A DNA stretch of 46,931 bases from an uncultured Myxococcales bacterium (GCA_964566375.1 CAZMKX010000001.1:1-46931); one strand, 5' to 3'; positions 17,125 through 24,070 are shown, counted from the stretch's first letter. Notes: generated from the letters alone by a model not told the origin. Translations and numbers: made by a program.

Positions 17125-17923
17125 CGAATAGCCTCGACTGCTGTTCGCTTTTCGGTGTCGGCTCGTCGAAGCGCATCACCGTCTGCGCGAGTCGCTTGGC
17201 GGCGATCTCGCAGTAACGCTCATCGAGCTCGATTCCGATGGCGCGGCGGCCGAGCTGCTTTGCGGCGACGAGGGTGGGGCCGGCACCAGCGAATGGATCG
17301 AGCACGATGTCTCCTCGATCGCTGTGTAGACGAATGAAGTGAGCGCATAGCGCGACTGGCTTTGGCGTAGGGTGATCGCTGGCTGTGGGCCTTATGCCGG
17401 AAAGCCTGATGACGTTCGAGGTCGTGAGACCGCCGTTCCACTTACACGGCCCGCCAGGCTTCATACCTACCAGCACCAGCTCGTAATTCCGTCGATAGTG
17501 CCAGCCCATCCCAAGCCCGCCCTTATCCCACACGACGGCGTGTTTGAATCCAAGCGCCTCGTCGAGCCAAAGCGACCAGCGTGCGAATTGAGGATCTGGA
17601 CCGCCGCCGCCGCCGCAGCAGCAGCAGCAGCAGCCGCCGCGCGCTAGGAGGCGAGCGGTTTCTCCGTAGAACCAGCGAACGAGGTAGTTCGCCTCAGGAC
17701 CATCGTTCGCAATCGGCCGCGCTTCTCCAGCTACCACCAACCCACGCTTGACTAGACCCAGGGCTTCTTCCCGACGATGCGCCAGGTCCCCGTTGTTGTT
17801 GTTGTGGCCGTATGGAGGATCTGTGAAGATGAAATCAACGGAGCCGTCACCAAACACCTGGAGAATGTCCCGGCAGTCCCCGTGGTAGATCGTGACCCCA
17901 TCCTCGTCGTAGTACGGCTTCAA
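17117..17923 (-). CDS. DNA methyltransferase (N6-adenine/N4-cytosine, N6_N4_Mtase type)
   Basis: FIFTDPPYGHNN (motif IV), ...HPTPKPVALCAHFIRLHSDRGDIVLDPFAGAGPTLVAAKQLGRRAIGIELDERY (motif I region). Confidence 0.9.
   Translation of the reverse strand: MKPYYDEDGVTIYHGDCRDILQVFGDGSVDFIFTDPPYGHNNNNGDLAHRREEALGLVKRGLVVAGEARPIANDGPEANYLVRWFYGETARLLARGGCCCCCCGGGGGPDPQFARWSLWLDEALGFKHAVVWDKGGLGMGWHYRRNYELVLVGMKPGGPCKWNGGLTTSNVIRLSGIRPTASDHPTPKPVALCAHFIRLHSDRGDIVLDPFAGAGPTLVAAKQLGRRAIGIELDERYCEIAAKRLAQTVMRFDEPTPKSEQQSRLFDE
17601..17639. repeat. Compound trinucleotide repeat (CCG)5(CAG)6(CCG)2 inside the methyltransferase gene
   Basis: ccgccgccgccgccgcagcagcagcagcagcagccgccg. In the coding frame it reads GGC GGC (TGC)6 (GGC)4 GGT, i.e. 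GGCCCCCCGGGGG. Confidence 0.95.
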
Positions 17924-17935
17924 GCGCTCACCACG

Positions 17936-18103
17936 TCATCCACGGAACAGCCCCCACAATTCCGCGAGCAGCGACAGCGGCTCGGGCTCCGGCTTCGCCT
18001 CCCCGAACCGCCGCAGCTCGCCGTCGCAGATTTCCAGGATCACCGGCATCGGACGCTCCTGCGCGCGCTCGACTTCTTCGAGGATCTCCTGCGACACCGT
18101 CAT
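17936..18103 (-). CDS. Small acidic hypothetical protein (55 aa)
   Basis: MTVSQEILEEVERAQERPMPVILEICDGELRRF... ATGA overlap with the upstream stop at 18100..18103. Confidence 0.5.
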   Translation of the reverse strand: MTVSQEILEEVERAQERPMPVILEICDGELRRFGEAKPEPEPLSLLAELWGLFRG

Positions 18104-18351
18104 GCTGGCCTCCCGCTGGTGACGCTCTTCACCAGCCGCAGATGGTCGAGGCAGTGGTCGACGTTCGGCGCCACGCGCCGCGAGTGCTCGGCGCACAGCG
18201 GCGCATCGCACGATCCGGTCGGCGTCGGGAAGTCGCACAGCCGAGTTGAGCGCGTCGTGCAGCCGGGGTGCGAGCACTTCGGCACACGGCTCGCGCGGCG
18301 GCGACACGCGAAGGTTACGTGATCTCGCTGGCGGTTGATTTCGCAGCCCAT
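18100..18351 (-). CDS. Cys/His-rich small protein (83 aa)
   Basis: MGCEINRQRDHVTFACRRR...KCSHPGCTTRSTRLCDF...SCDAPLCAEH...HCLDH. TGATG start/stop junction with the upstream gene. Confidence 0.55.
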   Translation of the reverse strand: MGCEINRQRDHVTFACRRRASRVPKCSHPGCTTRSTRLCDFPTPTGSCDAPLCAEHSRRVAPNVDHCLDHLRLVKSVTSGRPA

Positions 18352-18875
18352 CAGTCCCCCTCCGTCAGCATCGGCAGCGCGGTGGGGTAGCGCCGCTCGA
18401 TGTCGAGCTGACCGCGGTGAGCTCCAGAGCGCAGCTGCGGGAACGGCATGCCAGCGATCAGCGCCGCGGCGTTGCGACGCGCCCAGCGGATCTCCGCGTC
18501 GGGATCGAACACCACGCCGCGCTCTGGGTCGTAGTCGTTCGACGTGCTCGCGCCGGTCACGCGGTAGCGCAGCGCACGGATCTCGCGCGCAGCGGCGTGC
18601 CGGAGCTGACCGATGCTCGGGAGCCACGGCGAATCGGGGCCGCGCAGCAGCTTGCGGATCGCGGCCTCCAGCGCCTCCGGCGGCAGGTCGTCGAGCTGCC
18701 CGGCGTAGGTCTCGAGCTGAAGCGCGCGCTCGCCCTCTTCCATCCGCCGGCTCGGAAGCGAGGCGAACAGCGCCGCGAGTGCGGCCCGCCTGCGCGCTTC
18801 GTGCTCGGGCCGGTGCCAGCCGGATTCGCCCGACTCGGCGAAGAAGTCTCCGATCGAAACGCTCAACCGCTCCAT
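18351..18875 (-). CDS. Replication-associated protein (helicase-loader/G39P-like pattern, tentative)
   Basis: 174 aa. ...YAGQLDDLPPEALEAAIRKLLRGPDSPWLPSIGQLRHAA... resembles the loader-type motif seen next to phage replication organisers. Family call is tentative. Confidence 0.5.
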   Translation of the reverse strand: MERLSVSIGDFFAESGESGWHRPEHEARRRAALAALFASLPSRRMEEGERALQLETYAGQLDDLPPEALEAAIRKLLRGPDSPWLPSIGQLRHAAAREIRALRYRVTGASTSNDYDPERGVVFDPDAEIRWARRNAAALIAGMPFPQLRSGAHRGQLDIERRYPTALPMLTEGD

Positions 18876-19639
18876 CCGCGTGCCCCCCGTGCTCCTCGTG
18901 CGACGAACTCAGCGAGCACGCCGCCACCGGCTTTCGCTGGCGTCGCGGCTTGCATCTCGCCGGCCTTGCGGATCCAGTTCCGCACCGCGGCGAGCCACGA
19001 CTTGACGTGCTTGCCCTTGCTGCGATGCCAGTCGCCGCATCGCTCGGCCTGGTCGAGCAGCCACGCGGGGTCGCGCGCGCGGTCGGTGATCTTGCCGGCG
19101 GCGGCGGCCTCTTCGGCCCACGCGCGAAGGTCGGACCACTCGCGATCGGTCAGGGGTCCGTGGGTCTTGGCGGGACTCTCGGGCCTGGCGACTTGCTCGC
19201 TGGCCGGCGCAGCCGGCGGCGAAGGCGAAGGCGAAGGCGAAGGCGAAGGCGAAGGCTGACTAGTTTTGTGCTCGTCGCGTGCTAGCACGCAGCTAGCATC
19301 ATCGTAACAATCGAGAAACACTCGCTTTTGTTTGGCGAGAACGCGGCTCACTGTCTGATCTGCATGATCGGGCCAGTCATGGACACGGAGCCGGTGACAC
19401 GCGCAGCGGTCAAGCCATCCAGACGAGATGAGCGCTGAAATCAGGCGCTCCGCATCGCCTGCCCAGCCCACTGCTCTGGCGATCGCGGCATCCGAGAATC
19501 GTCCGATGTCTCCAGCGTGCGAGTAGCTCGCGGCGAAGTGGATGACGCTTTCTACGATCCCGACGGCGCCCCAGCGATCGAGATTCAGCTCGGCCGCGAG
19601 CGCATGCATCTTCGGGTGGTCGGGCGTCCCGCGCTTCAT
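18863..19639 (-). CDS. Putative replication organiser/initiator with (Ser-Pro)6 linker
   Basis: ATG 19639 in an ATGA overlap with the HNH stop. MKRGTPDHPKMHALAAELNLDRWGAVGIVESVIHFAASY...GWLD, then SQPSPSPSPSPSPSPP, then a C-terminal basic domain ...WHRSKGKHVKSWLAAVRNWIRKAGE. Confidence 0.55.
   Translation of the reverse strand: MKRGTPDHPKMHALAAELNLDRWGAVGIVESVIHFAASYSHAGDIGRFSDAAIARAVGWAGDAERLISALISSGWLDRCACHRLRVHDWPDHADQTVSRVLAKQKRVFLDCYDDASCVLARDEHKTSQPSPSPSPSPSPSPPAAPASEQVARPESPAKTHGPLTDREWSDLRAWAEEAAAAGKITDRARDPAWLLDQAERCGDWHRSKGKHVKSWLAAVRNWIRKAGEMQAATPAKAGGGVLAEFVARGARGARGWSG
19221..19256. repeat. Perfect hexanucleotide tandem repeat (GAAGGC)6
   Basis: gaaggc x6 on the plus strand, encoding (SP)6 on the coding strand of 18863..19639. 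Confidence 0.95.
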
Positions 19640-20229
19640 GCCTTTTCCACCCGCTCCGGCTGCCCGCGTAATCCGAGCTCGGTGGCACGCGTCCAACAGA
19701 CACCGCAGAAATACTTCCATCGCTGGCTCGGGTAGCTGCACTTGGCGAAGGCGATCTCACTGGCGATCACCACTTCCTCGAGTCCGAGCAGCTCGATGAA
19801 TTTCTCCGTCTGCCTTCGGCAGCGACCACCCCACTCGTCGTTCGGATTCCACGTTGAGTCGCCCCCCCAGAACCGCCGGCCCACGTCGTCGATTGCAGCG
19901 TCGATCTCTGCGCGAAGGCGCTGGACGTTGGCGCGATATGCCGCGAGCTGTTCGGCCCTCTGCGCGGCGTCTTCCGACATCGACGCGTAGTCGCGCGGCA
20001 CCGCGCGGGGCTCGATGACACGATCTCGTTTACCCGCGTTGCACGCAAGGCACGACGTCCACAGGTTCTCTTCGTTGTTCTGGCCGCCCTTCGACACTGG
20101 AAGGACGTGGTCGATCTGAAGGATGACTGCCGGCGGCGTGCGCCCGCAGTACTGACACCGGAACCCGTCGCGCTCGAAGATTCGGAAACGCTTCGCGTTC
20201 CCGATCCCCTTGCGAGTCGCCACCCTCAC
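19636..20229 (-). CDS. HNH endonuclease (classical HNHc) with C-terminal extension
   Basis: RIFERDGFRCQYCGRTPPAVILQIDHVLPVSKGGQNNEENLWTSCLACNAGK is a canonical HNH motif. 197 aa with a GTG start. Confidence 0.85.
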   Translation of the reverse strand: MRVATRKGIGNAKRFRIFERDGFRCQYCGRTPPAVILQIDHVLPVSKGGQNNEENLWTSCLACNAGKRDRVIEPRAVPRDYASMSEDAAQRAEQLAAYRANVQRLRAEIDAAIDDVGRRFWGGDSTWNPNDEWGGRCRRQTEKFIELLGLEEVVIASEIAFAKCSYPSQRWKYFCGVCWTRATELGLRGQPERVEKA

Positions 20230-20264
20230 CCCCCAGCGAGCAGCCGCAATCCGAACGCCGCGCC

Positions 20265-20474
20265 TCAGAAGCGCGGATCGATGATCGTCTCCACCGCCGG
20301 CGCAGCCTTCGCACCCGGCTTGCCCACGCCGCGAATCTCGCGCTCAATCGACTCCACCTGGCGCACGGCTCGCGCGATCTCTTGGTCGCCGCGGTCCTGG
20401 CGTCTCACCCGCGCCAGGTTGACGACGGCGCGCTTGTAGCGGCGCTTCAGGTGGCGCAGGTCGGCGGTGTTCAT
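20265..20474 (-). CDS. Small basic hypothetical protein (69 aa)
   Basis: ATGA overlap with the upstream stop. Helical, Arg/Lys-rich. Confidence 0.45.
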   Translation of the reverse strand: MNTADLRHLKRRYKRAVVNLARVRRQDRGDQEIARAVRQVESIEREIRGVGKPGAKAAPAVETIIDPRF

Positions 20475-20821
20475 GCGCGCTTCCTCGTCGTCGCACCTGC
20501 GTCGCGCTCGACCTTCGCGAGCTGGCGCTGGCGCTTCTGTTCTTCGCCGACCCAGCGCAGCGTCCGTTGCATCTCACCCACCTGCTCGACGAGTTCGGCG
20601 TAGACCTTCTCGGGGTCGAGGGCGCGCCGGCGCGGCGGCTCGAATCCAAGCGCCTCGCTGATGATGCGCAGCACCGTGTCGGGGTCGTTCGCAAGGATCT
20701 CGTCGAGCACGGGCCAGGTCGGCGAGAGATCGCCACCATCCCCTCCGTCGAGGATCCGGCTCAGCTTCTTCGCCGCGGTGTACGGCTCGTTCGCCGGGAA
20801 CGCCTCGATCGCGATCGCCAT
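20471..20821 (-). CDS. Hypothetical early protein (116 aa)
   Basis: MAIAIEAFPANEPYTAAKKLSRILDGGDGG... is the credible C-terminal part of track ORF 20471..21538. ATG 20821 with a purine-rich SD. Confidence 0.5.
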   Translation of the reverse strand: MAIAIEAFPANEPYTAAKKLSRILDGGDGGDLSPTWPVLDEILANDPDTVLRIISEALGFEPPRRRALDPEKVYAELVEQVGEMQRTLRWVGEEQKRQRQLAKVERDAGATTRKRA

Positions 20822-21046
20822 CTGCTTCCCCTCGGCGGCTGCCGCAAAGGCCCGCCGCGCGATGGAATCCCGCCTCGTCATGCGGCTCCTGGGGCGAGCT
20901 GGGGGCCATTCCCAGCGCTTCCCAGGAAGCGCCTCGGATACAGAAAAGCGTCGTGGCGAACGCTCTTGAAAAGCTCCCGGCCGGCCCCGCATCCTGCCGG
21001 GAGGTGACCACGAAGCAGGCCGCGAGGCCGGCGCGGGAGGAGAGCC

Positions 21047-21319
21047 TTGGAAGTCGTTCTCGTCGCTCTGGTGATCCTCGGCGGCTGGGTGTCGATCGCG
21101 ATCGTCACGGGCGTGATCGCTCGCGAGCGAGGTCGCAGTGCGTTCGGCTGGCTGCTGCTCGGACTCGCGTTCAGCGTGCTCGCGCTCGTGCTGGTGCTCG
21201 CGCTGCCGCGACTCGACGAGTATCCGGAGGGGTACGGCACCTGCCCGAAGTGCTTCGGCCGTGTCGACCTGCGGGCCTCGATCTGTCCGCACTGCCGGTC
21301 GCCGAAGCCGGGAACGTGA
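21047..21319 (+). CDS. Small membrane protein with C-terminal zinc-ribbon, antisense to the leftward early operon
   Basis: TTG start with a GGGAGGAG SD 5 nt upstream. Two hydrophobic helices (VVLVALVILGGWVSIAIVTGVI, WLLLGLAFSVLALVLVLAL), then CPKC...CPHC. The opposite-strand ORF here looks non-coding. Confidence 0.65.
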   Translation: MEVVLVALVILGGWVSIAIVTGVIARERGRSAFGWLLLGLAFSVLALVLVLALPRLDEYPEGYGTCPKCFGRVDLRASICPHCRSPKPGT

Positions 21320-21329
21320 GCGGCGAGGT

Positions 21330-21599
21330 TCATGCGGCGGCTCCGCTGCCGTCGGCGATCTTCGCGTCCGCCAGTCGCTCGCGGACCTGCGCGAGGTCGC
21401 GTCGCGCCTCCTTCGACATGGGGAGGTCCTCGGCGCGAACCAGCCCGCCCGTCGCCGCCTCGATGCGGAGCGCGAGGCCGAGCCCCGCCCTGCGCTGCCT
21501 TCGCCGCAGGCGGTTGACCGTTGACTGATCGACGCCAACCGCCGCCGCGAGGCGCTCCTCGGTCCAGTCCGGCTCTTTCAAAAGACGATCCAGCGTCAT
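21330..21599 (-). CDS. Cro/YdaS-like HTH regulator, first gene of the leftward operon
   Basis: MTLDRLLKEPDWTEERLAAAVGVDQSTVNRLRR...ALRIEAATGGLVRAEDL fits the YdaS/Cro-type HTH pattern. An alternative ATG at 21626 lies inside the predicted promoter spacer and operator. Confidence 0.7.
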   Translation of the reverse strand: MTLDRLLKEPDWTEERLAAAVGVDQSTVNRLRRRQRRAGLGLALRIEAATGGLVRAEDLPMSKEARRDLAQVRERLADAKIADGSGAAA

Positions 21600-21607
21600 C
21601 GCCGGCG

Positions 21608-21637
21608 AGTCTATGCGATATCGCATGGACTCGTCAA
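21608..21637 (-). promoter_or_regulatory. Leftward early promoter (TTGACG - 18 nt - TAGACT)
   Basis: On the minus strand, the -35 TTGACG is at 21637..21632 and the -10 TAGACT at 21613..21608. The spacer carries a perfect operator palindrome. The predicted start is about 1-3 nt before ATG 21599. Confidence 0.5.
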
Positions 21638-21689
21638 CGGCCTCGCTGTGCGTTTTCGCGCGGCCTCGCCGCTGAATGCCGTAAGGCAT
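21613..21689. promoter_or_regulatory. Operator cluster 1 (three 14-bp ATGCG-N4-CGCAT-type sites)
   Basis: ATGCGATATCGCAT 21613..21626 (perfect palindrome); GTGCGTTTTCGCGC 21648..21661 (degenerate); ATGCCGTAAGGCAT 21676..21689 (near-palindrome). They lie between the divergent Cro-like and repressor-like genes. Confidence 0.6.
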
Positions 21690-21705
21690 ACGATTGAAGG
21701 CGGCA

Positions 21706-22227
21706 ATGCTAGAAGCCAAGTTCCGGAAATACCTAGACAAACACTTCCCGGCCGAGAAGGGACGCGAGGCGAAGATCGCGCGAGCGCTCGGCAAGCATCA
21801 GAGCCGGATCAACCGCTGGCTGCGCGGGAAGGAGCCGCTGCACGTCTCGCTGCGGGACCTCCAGCACCTGGCGCGCTGGCGCGGGCTCCCGGTCTGGAAG
21901 GTGATGCGGGAGATCGACTCCGAGACGGTCGACCGCAGCAAGTCGAACGTGGCGTCCGGGCTCGACGACAACTACCTGCTCGAGCTCGAAGAGATCATGG
22001 ACGGCGACCGCGTGAGGAGCCAGCGCCTCCTCGTGAATCTCCGACAGCAACGCAAGCTCGGGTACATCGACCTCGTGTCGGACGTGGCGCGCCTGATCAT
22101 CAACCGCGGCGCCGCCGAGTCGGCGATCGACGTCGCGAACCTGCTGTCGAAGCACCAGGAGAAGAAGACCGCTTCGATCACGAAACTCCGCGCGCAAATG
22201 GCCGCCGAGTTTGAGGAAATCGACTAG
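21706..22227 (+). CDS. Repressor-like HTH protein (CI analogue, no S24 peptidase domain)
   Basis: MLEAKFRKYLDKHFPAEKGREAKIARALGKHQSRINRWLRGKE (HTH) plus a helical C-terminal half. Divergent from the Cro-like gene, flanked by both operator clusters, and lower in GC. The track start is TTG 21694; ATG 21706 is preferred. Confidence 0.65.
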   Translation: MLEAKFRKYLDKHFPAEKGREAKIARALGKHQSRINRWLRGKEPLHVSLRDLQHLARWRGLPVWKVMREIDSETVDRSKSNVASGLDDNYLLELEEIMDGDRVRSQRLLVNLRQQRKLGYIDLVSDVARLIINRGAAESAIDVANLLSKHQEKKTASITKLRAQMAAEFEEID

Positions 22228-22239
22228 CCGCCGGGGCGT

Positions 22240-22288
22240 GTGCGAAATCGCATAATCCCCCGTTGACAGTCTCAATGCGTTAACGCAT
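22240..22288. promoter_or_regulatory. Operator cluster 2 (two ATGCG-N4-CGCAT-type sites)
   Basis: GTGCGAAATCGCAT 22240..22253 and the perfect palindrome ATGCGTTAACGCAT 22275..22288. Centre spacing is 35 bp, the same as between sites 1 and 2 of cluster 1. Confidence 0.6.
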
Positions 22289-22291
22289 ACT
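22263..22291 (+). promoter_or_regulatory. Rightward early promoter (TTGACA - 17 nt - CATACT)
   Basis: Consensus -35 at 22263..22268, a 17-nt spacer holding the perfect operator palindrome, and -10 CATACT at 22286..22291. Located 25 nt upstream of ATG 22316. Confidence 0.6.
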
Positions 22292-22313
22292 GGCCTCCGT
22301 TCGATCGGAGGCC
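22292..22313 (+). promoter_or_regulatory. 8-bp stem hairpin that includes the SD of the first rightward gene
   Basis: GGCCTCCG-ttcgat-CGGAGGCC. The 3-prime arm contains the GGAGG that serves ATG 22316. Confidence 0.45.
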
Positions 22314-22315
22314 AC

Positions 22316-22753
22316 ATGGCGACCGCCCTCACCGCTCCCGAAGTTCCCGCCCCCGCCGAGCGCTGCGTGATGTGCGCCGGCCGCGGCGCTTCGTGCTGCG
22401 ACGGCCGCGGCACGCGCGAGGCGCGCGAGGCGGTGATCGCGCGGCTCGACGCTGCGCGCATCGAGAAGCAGAGCCGAACCTGCGTCGAGTGCGGCGCGCG
22501 CTTCCTGCCGCCGTACATGAGCGACACGAGGATCTGTCCCGCGTGCGGCGACGCGCGCGACGCCCGCGAGCGTGACTCGCGCCGCCCGCGCGCGCCAGAA
22601 GGACACGACGCCGAGACGTGGCGCCGGCTCCAGTGGAGCGCGCACGCCGGCGCGACCGCCTGCTGCGGCGACGCCCGCATCGCCGGCTGTTACTGCCGGA
22701 TCTCGACCCTCTGCCCCACGCACGGCCGGCGGTGCTGGGGCAGCCACGACTAA
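22316..22753 (+). CDS. Cys-rich hypothetical protein (145 aa, several CxxC pairs)
   Basis: ATG with a GGAGG SD. CVMCAGRG..CC, CVECG...CPACG, CC...CYC...CPTHGRRC. Confidence 0.6.
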   Translation: MATALTAPEVPAPAERCVMCAGRGASCCDGRGTREAREAVIARLDAARIEKQSRTCVECGARFLPPYMSDTRICPACGDARDARERDSRRPRAPEGHDAETWRRLQWSAHAGATACCGDARIAGCYCRISTLCPTHGRRCWGSHD

Positions 22754-22769
22754 CAGAGGAGCGCCCACC

Positions 22770-22907
22770 ATGAACGCGATCACGACCGCCACCGAGAACA
22801 CCTCCGACCCGCTCTGCGGCGACTGCCACGTCCCGGCCGACGAGCATGGCCTGTGCCCGCACTGCGACGTTCGCATCGCGAGCGTCGACGAGGACGCGGG
22901 CCGGTGA
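22770..22907 (+). CDS. Zinc-ribbon mini-protein (45 aa)
   Basis: ATG 22770 with a GAGGAG SD. MNAITTATENTSDPLCGDCHVPADEHGLCPHCDV... Confidence 0.55.
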   Translation: MNAITTATENTSDPLCGDCHVPADEHGLCPHCDVRIASVDEDAGR

Positions 22908-23290
22908 GCGAAACCCTCGACCGAGCCGCGCGCGACTACCAGCTCTTCTACGCGAACCGGACGCCGGAGCAGGAGATCGAGCTCGCGCAGCGCGACGATG
23001 CGCAGCGGGCCGATCGCTGGAACGAGGACGCGATCCGCACGCTTCGCGAGAAGGGCATCGGGTTCAAGGTCCGCGTGTGCTCGCTGTGCGGCGCGGCGAG
23101 CGTCGAGCAGGCCGAGCCGTGCCGGTTCGGCGAGTCGCTCGCTGTGGGGCTCGTCTCGCACGGAATCTGCGACCCGTGCAACGAGGCGCAGCAGCGCGAG
23201 GCGGACCGGGAAGACGCGGCCGAGCTGGCCGAGCGCAAGCGGCTCGCGCGCGCGGACTACGAGGCGAGCGGCTGGGAGCGTCCGCTGTGA
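22904..23290 (+). CDS. Hypothetical protein (128 aa) with Cys cluster
   Basis: GTG start overlapping the upstream TGA (GTGA). VSETLDRAARDYQLFYANRTPEQEIELAQ...VCSLCG...ICDPCNEA. Confidence 0.55.
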   Translation: MSETLDRAARDYQLFYANRTPEQEIELAQRDDAQRADRWNEDAIRTLREKGIGFKVRVCSLCGAASVEQAEPCRFGESLAVGLVSHGICDPCNEAQQREADREDAAELAERKRLARADYEASGWERPL

Positions 23291-23559
23291 GGCGCGCGCT
23301 TCGCTGGATCGCAGTCCTGGACTGGCGCGGTGTCGGCCGCACGCTGCTCGTGCTGCTCGGATTCGTCGCCATCGGCCTGTCCTACGGCGTCGCGCTCGGC
23401 GCGTGCCAGAAGCGCGAGATGGCCGAGCCCATCGCCGTGCTCGCGCCGGGCGAGAGCCTGCGGATGTGCTTCTCGTGCGACTCCGAGACCGGCGTGTGCG
23501 GCCCGGTCGAGTGCGAGCAGGCGGCTGGAGGCGAGACGGCGGAGGGAGCGGCGCTGTGA
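23287..23559 (+). CDS. Small membrane protein (90 aa)
   Basis: GTGA-coupled start. TM segment TLLVLLGFVAIGLSYGVALGA, then CFSCDSETGVCGPVEC. Confidence 0.55.
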   Translation: MRRALRWIAVLDWRGVGRTLLVLLGFVAIGLSYGVALGACQKREMAEPIAVLAPGESLRMCFSCDSETGVCGPVECEQAAGGETAEGAAL

Positions 23560-23861
23560 GCGAGGCGCAGGCCGAACTCGATAAGGCGGTGATGGATGGC
23601 GCGGAGAAGGTCTTCGCGCAGCACCTTCATGACCCGCTCCTGACGTGGATTCAGCAACCGACGGAGTGCATCTGCGCCGTTTGCGTCCCGGTGCGCGCGC
23701 GCCGCAAGGCGATGCGACCCACGAAGCTCGAAGTGCTGTTCAAGATCATCAACGAGTGGCAAATCGCCGGCAGGATTGCGCTGCTCGGTGACAAGGACAG
23801 CGCCAGACTCAAGAGCGACCTCGCCCGCATCCTGGCCGCTCCCGACGAGGCGAAGCCGTGA
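23556..23861 (+). CDS. Hypothetical protein (101 aa)
   Basis: GTGA-coupled start. VSEAQAELDKAVMDGAEKVFAQHLHDPLLTWIQ... Confidence 0.5.
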   Translation: MSEAQAELDKAVMDGAEKVFAQHLHDPLLTWIQQPTECICAVCVPVRARRKAMRPTKLEVLFKIINEWQIAGRIALLGDKDSARLKSDLARILAAPDEAKP

Positions 23862-24070
23862 GCCGCACCGCCCCGACCGTCTGGCTGCGCGGCGGCTTCC
23901 GAGAGGAGCGGCTTGCGTTCACTTCCGAGCAGCTCTCGCAGGTGATCGCGCAGAAGGATGCGCGGATCGCGGCGCTGGAACGCCAGAACGCGACGCTGAT
24001 CGAGCTGCTGCGCGAGTACCGCATGGACGATCGCGACGCATCCAAGCGTCGCCTGCGGGTGGCGTCGTGA
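23858..24070 (+). CDS. Small coiled-coil hypothetical protein (70 aa)
   Basis: GTGA-coupled start. ...EQLSQVIAQKDARIAALERQNATLIELLREY... Confidence 0.5.
   Translation: MSRTAPTVWLRGGFREERLAFTSEQLSQVIAQKDARIAALERQNATLIELLREYRMDDRDASKRRLRVAS

Noticed and set aside
19221-19256. Short tandem repeats as a possible CRISPR array
   Set aside because: The units are 6 nt, contiguous, without spacers, and lie in frame inside a coding sequence. No cas genes are present and no other direct-repeat/spacer pattern was seen in the window.
20915-20932. Hairpin GCGCTTC-CCAG-GAAGCGC between 20471..20821 and the antisense membrane gene
   Set aside because: The stem is short with no adjacent U-tract on either strand. 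It cannot be distinguished from chance palindromes in GC-rich DNA.
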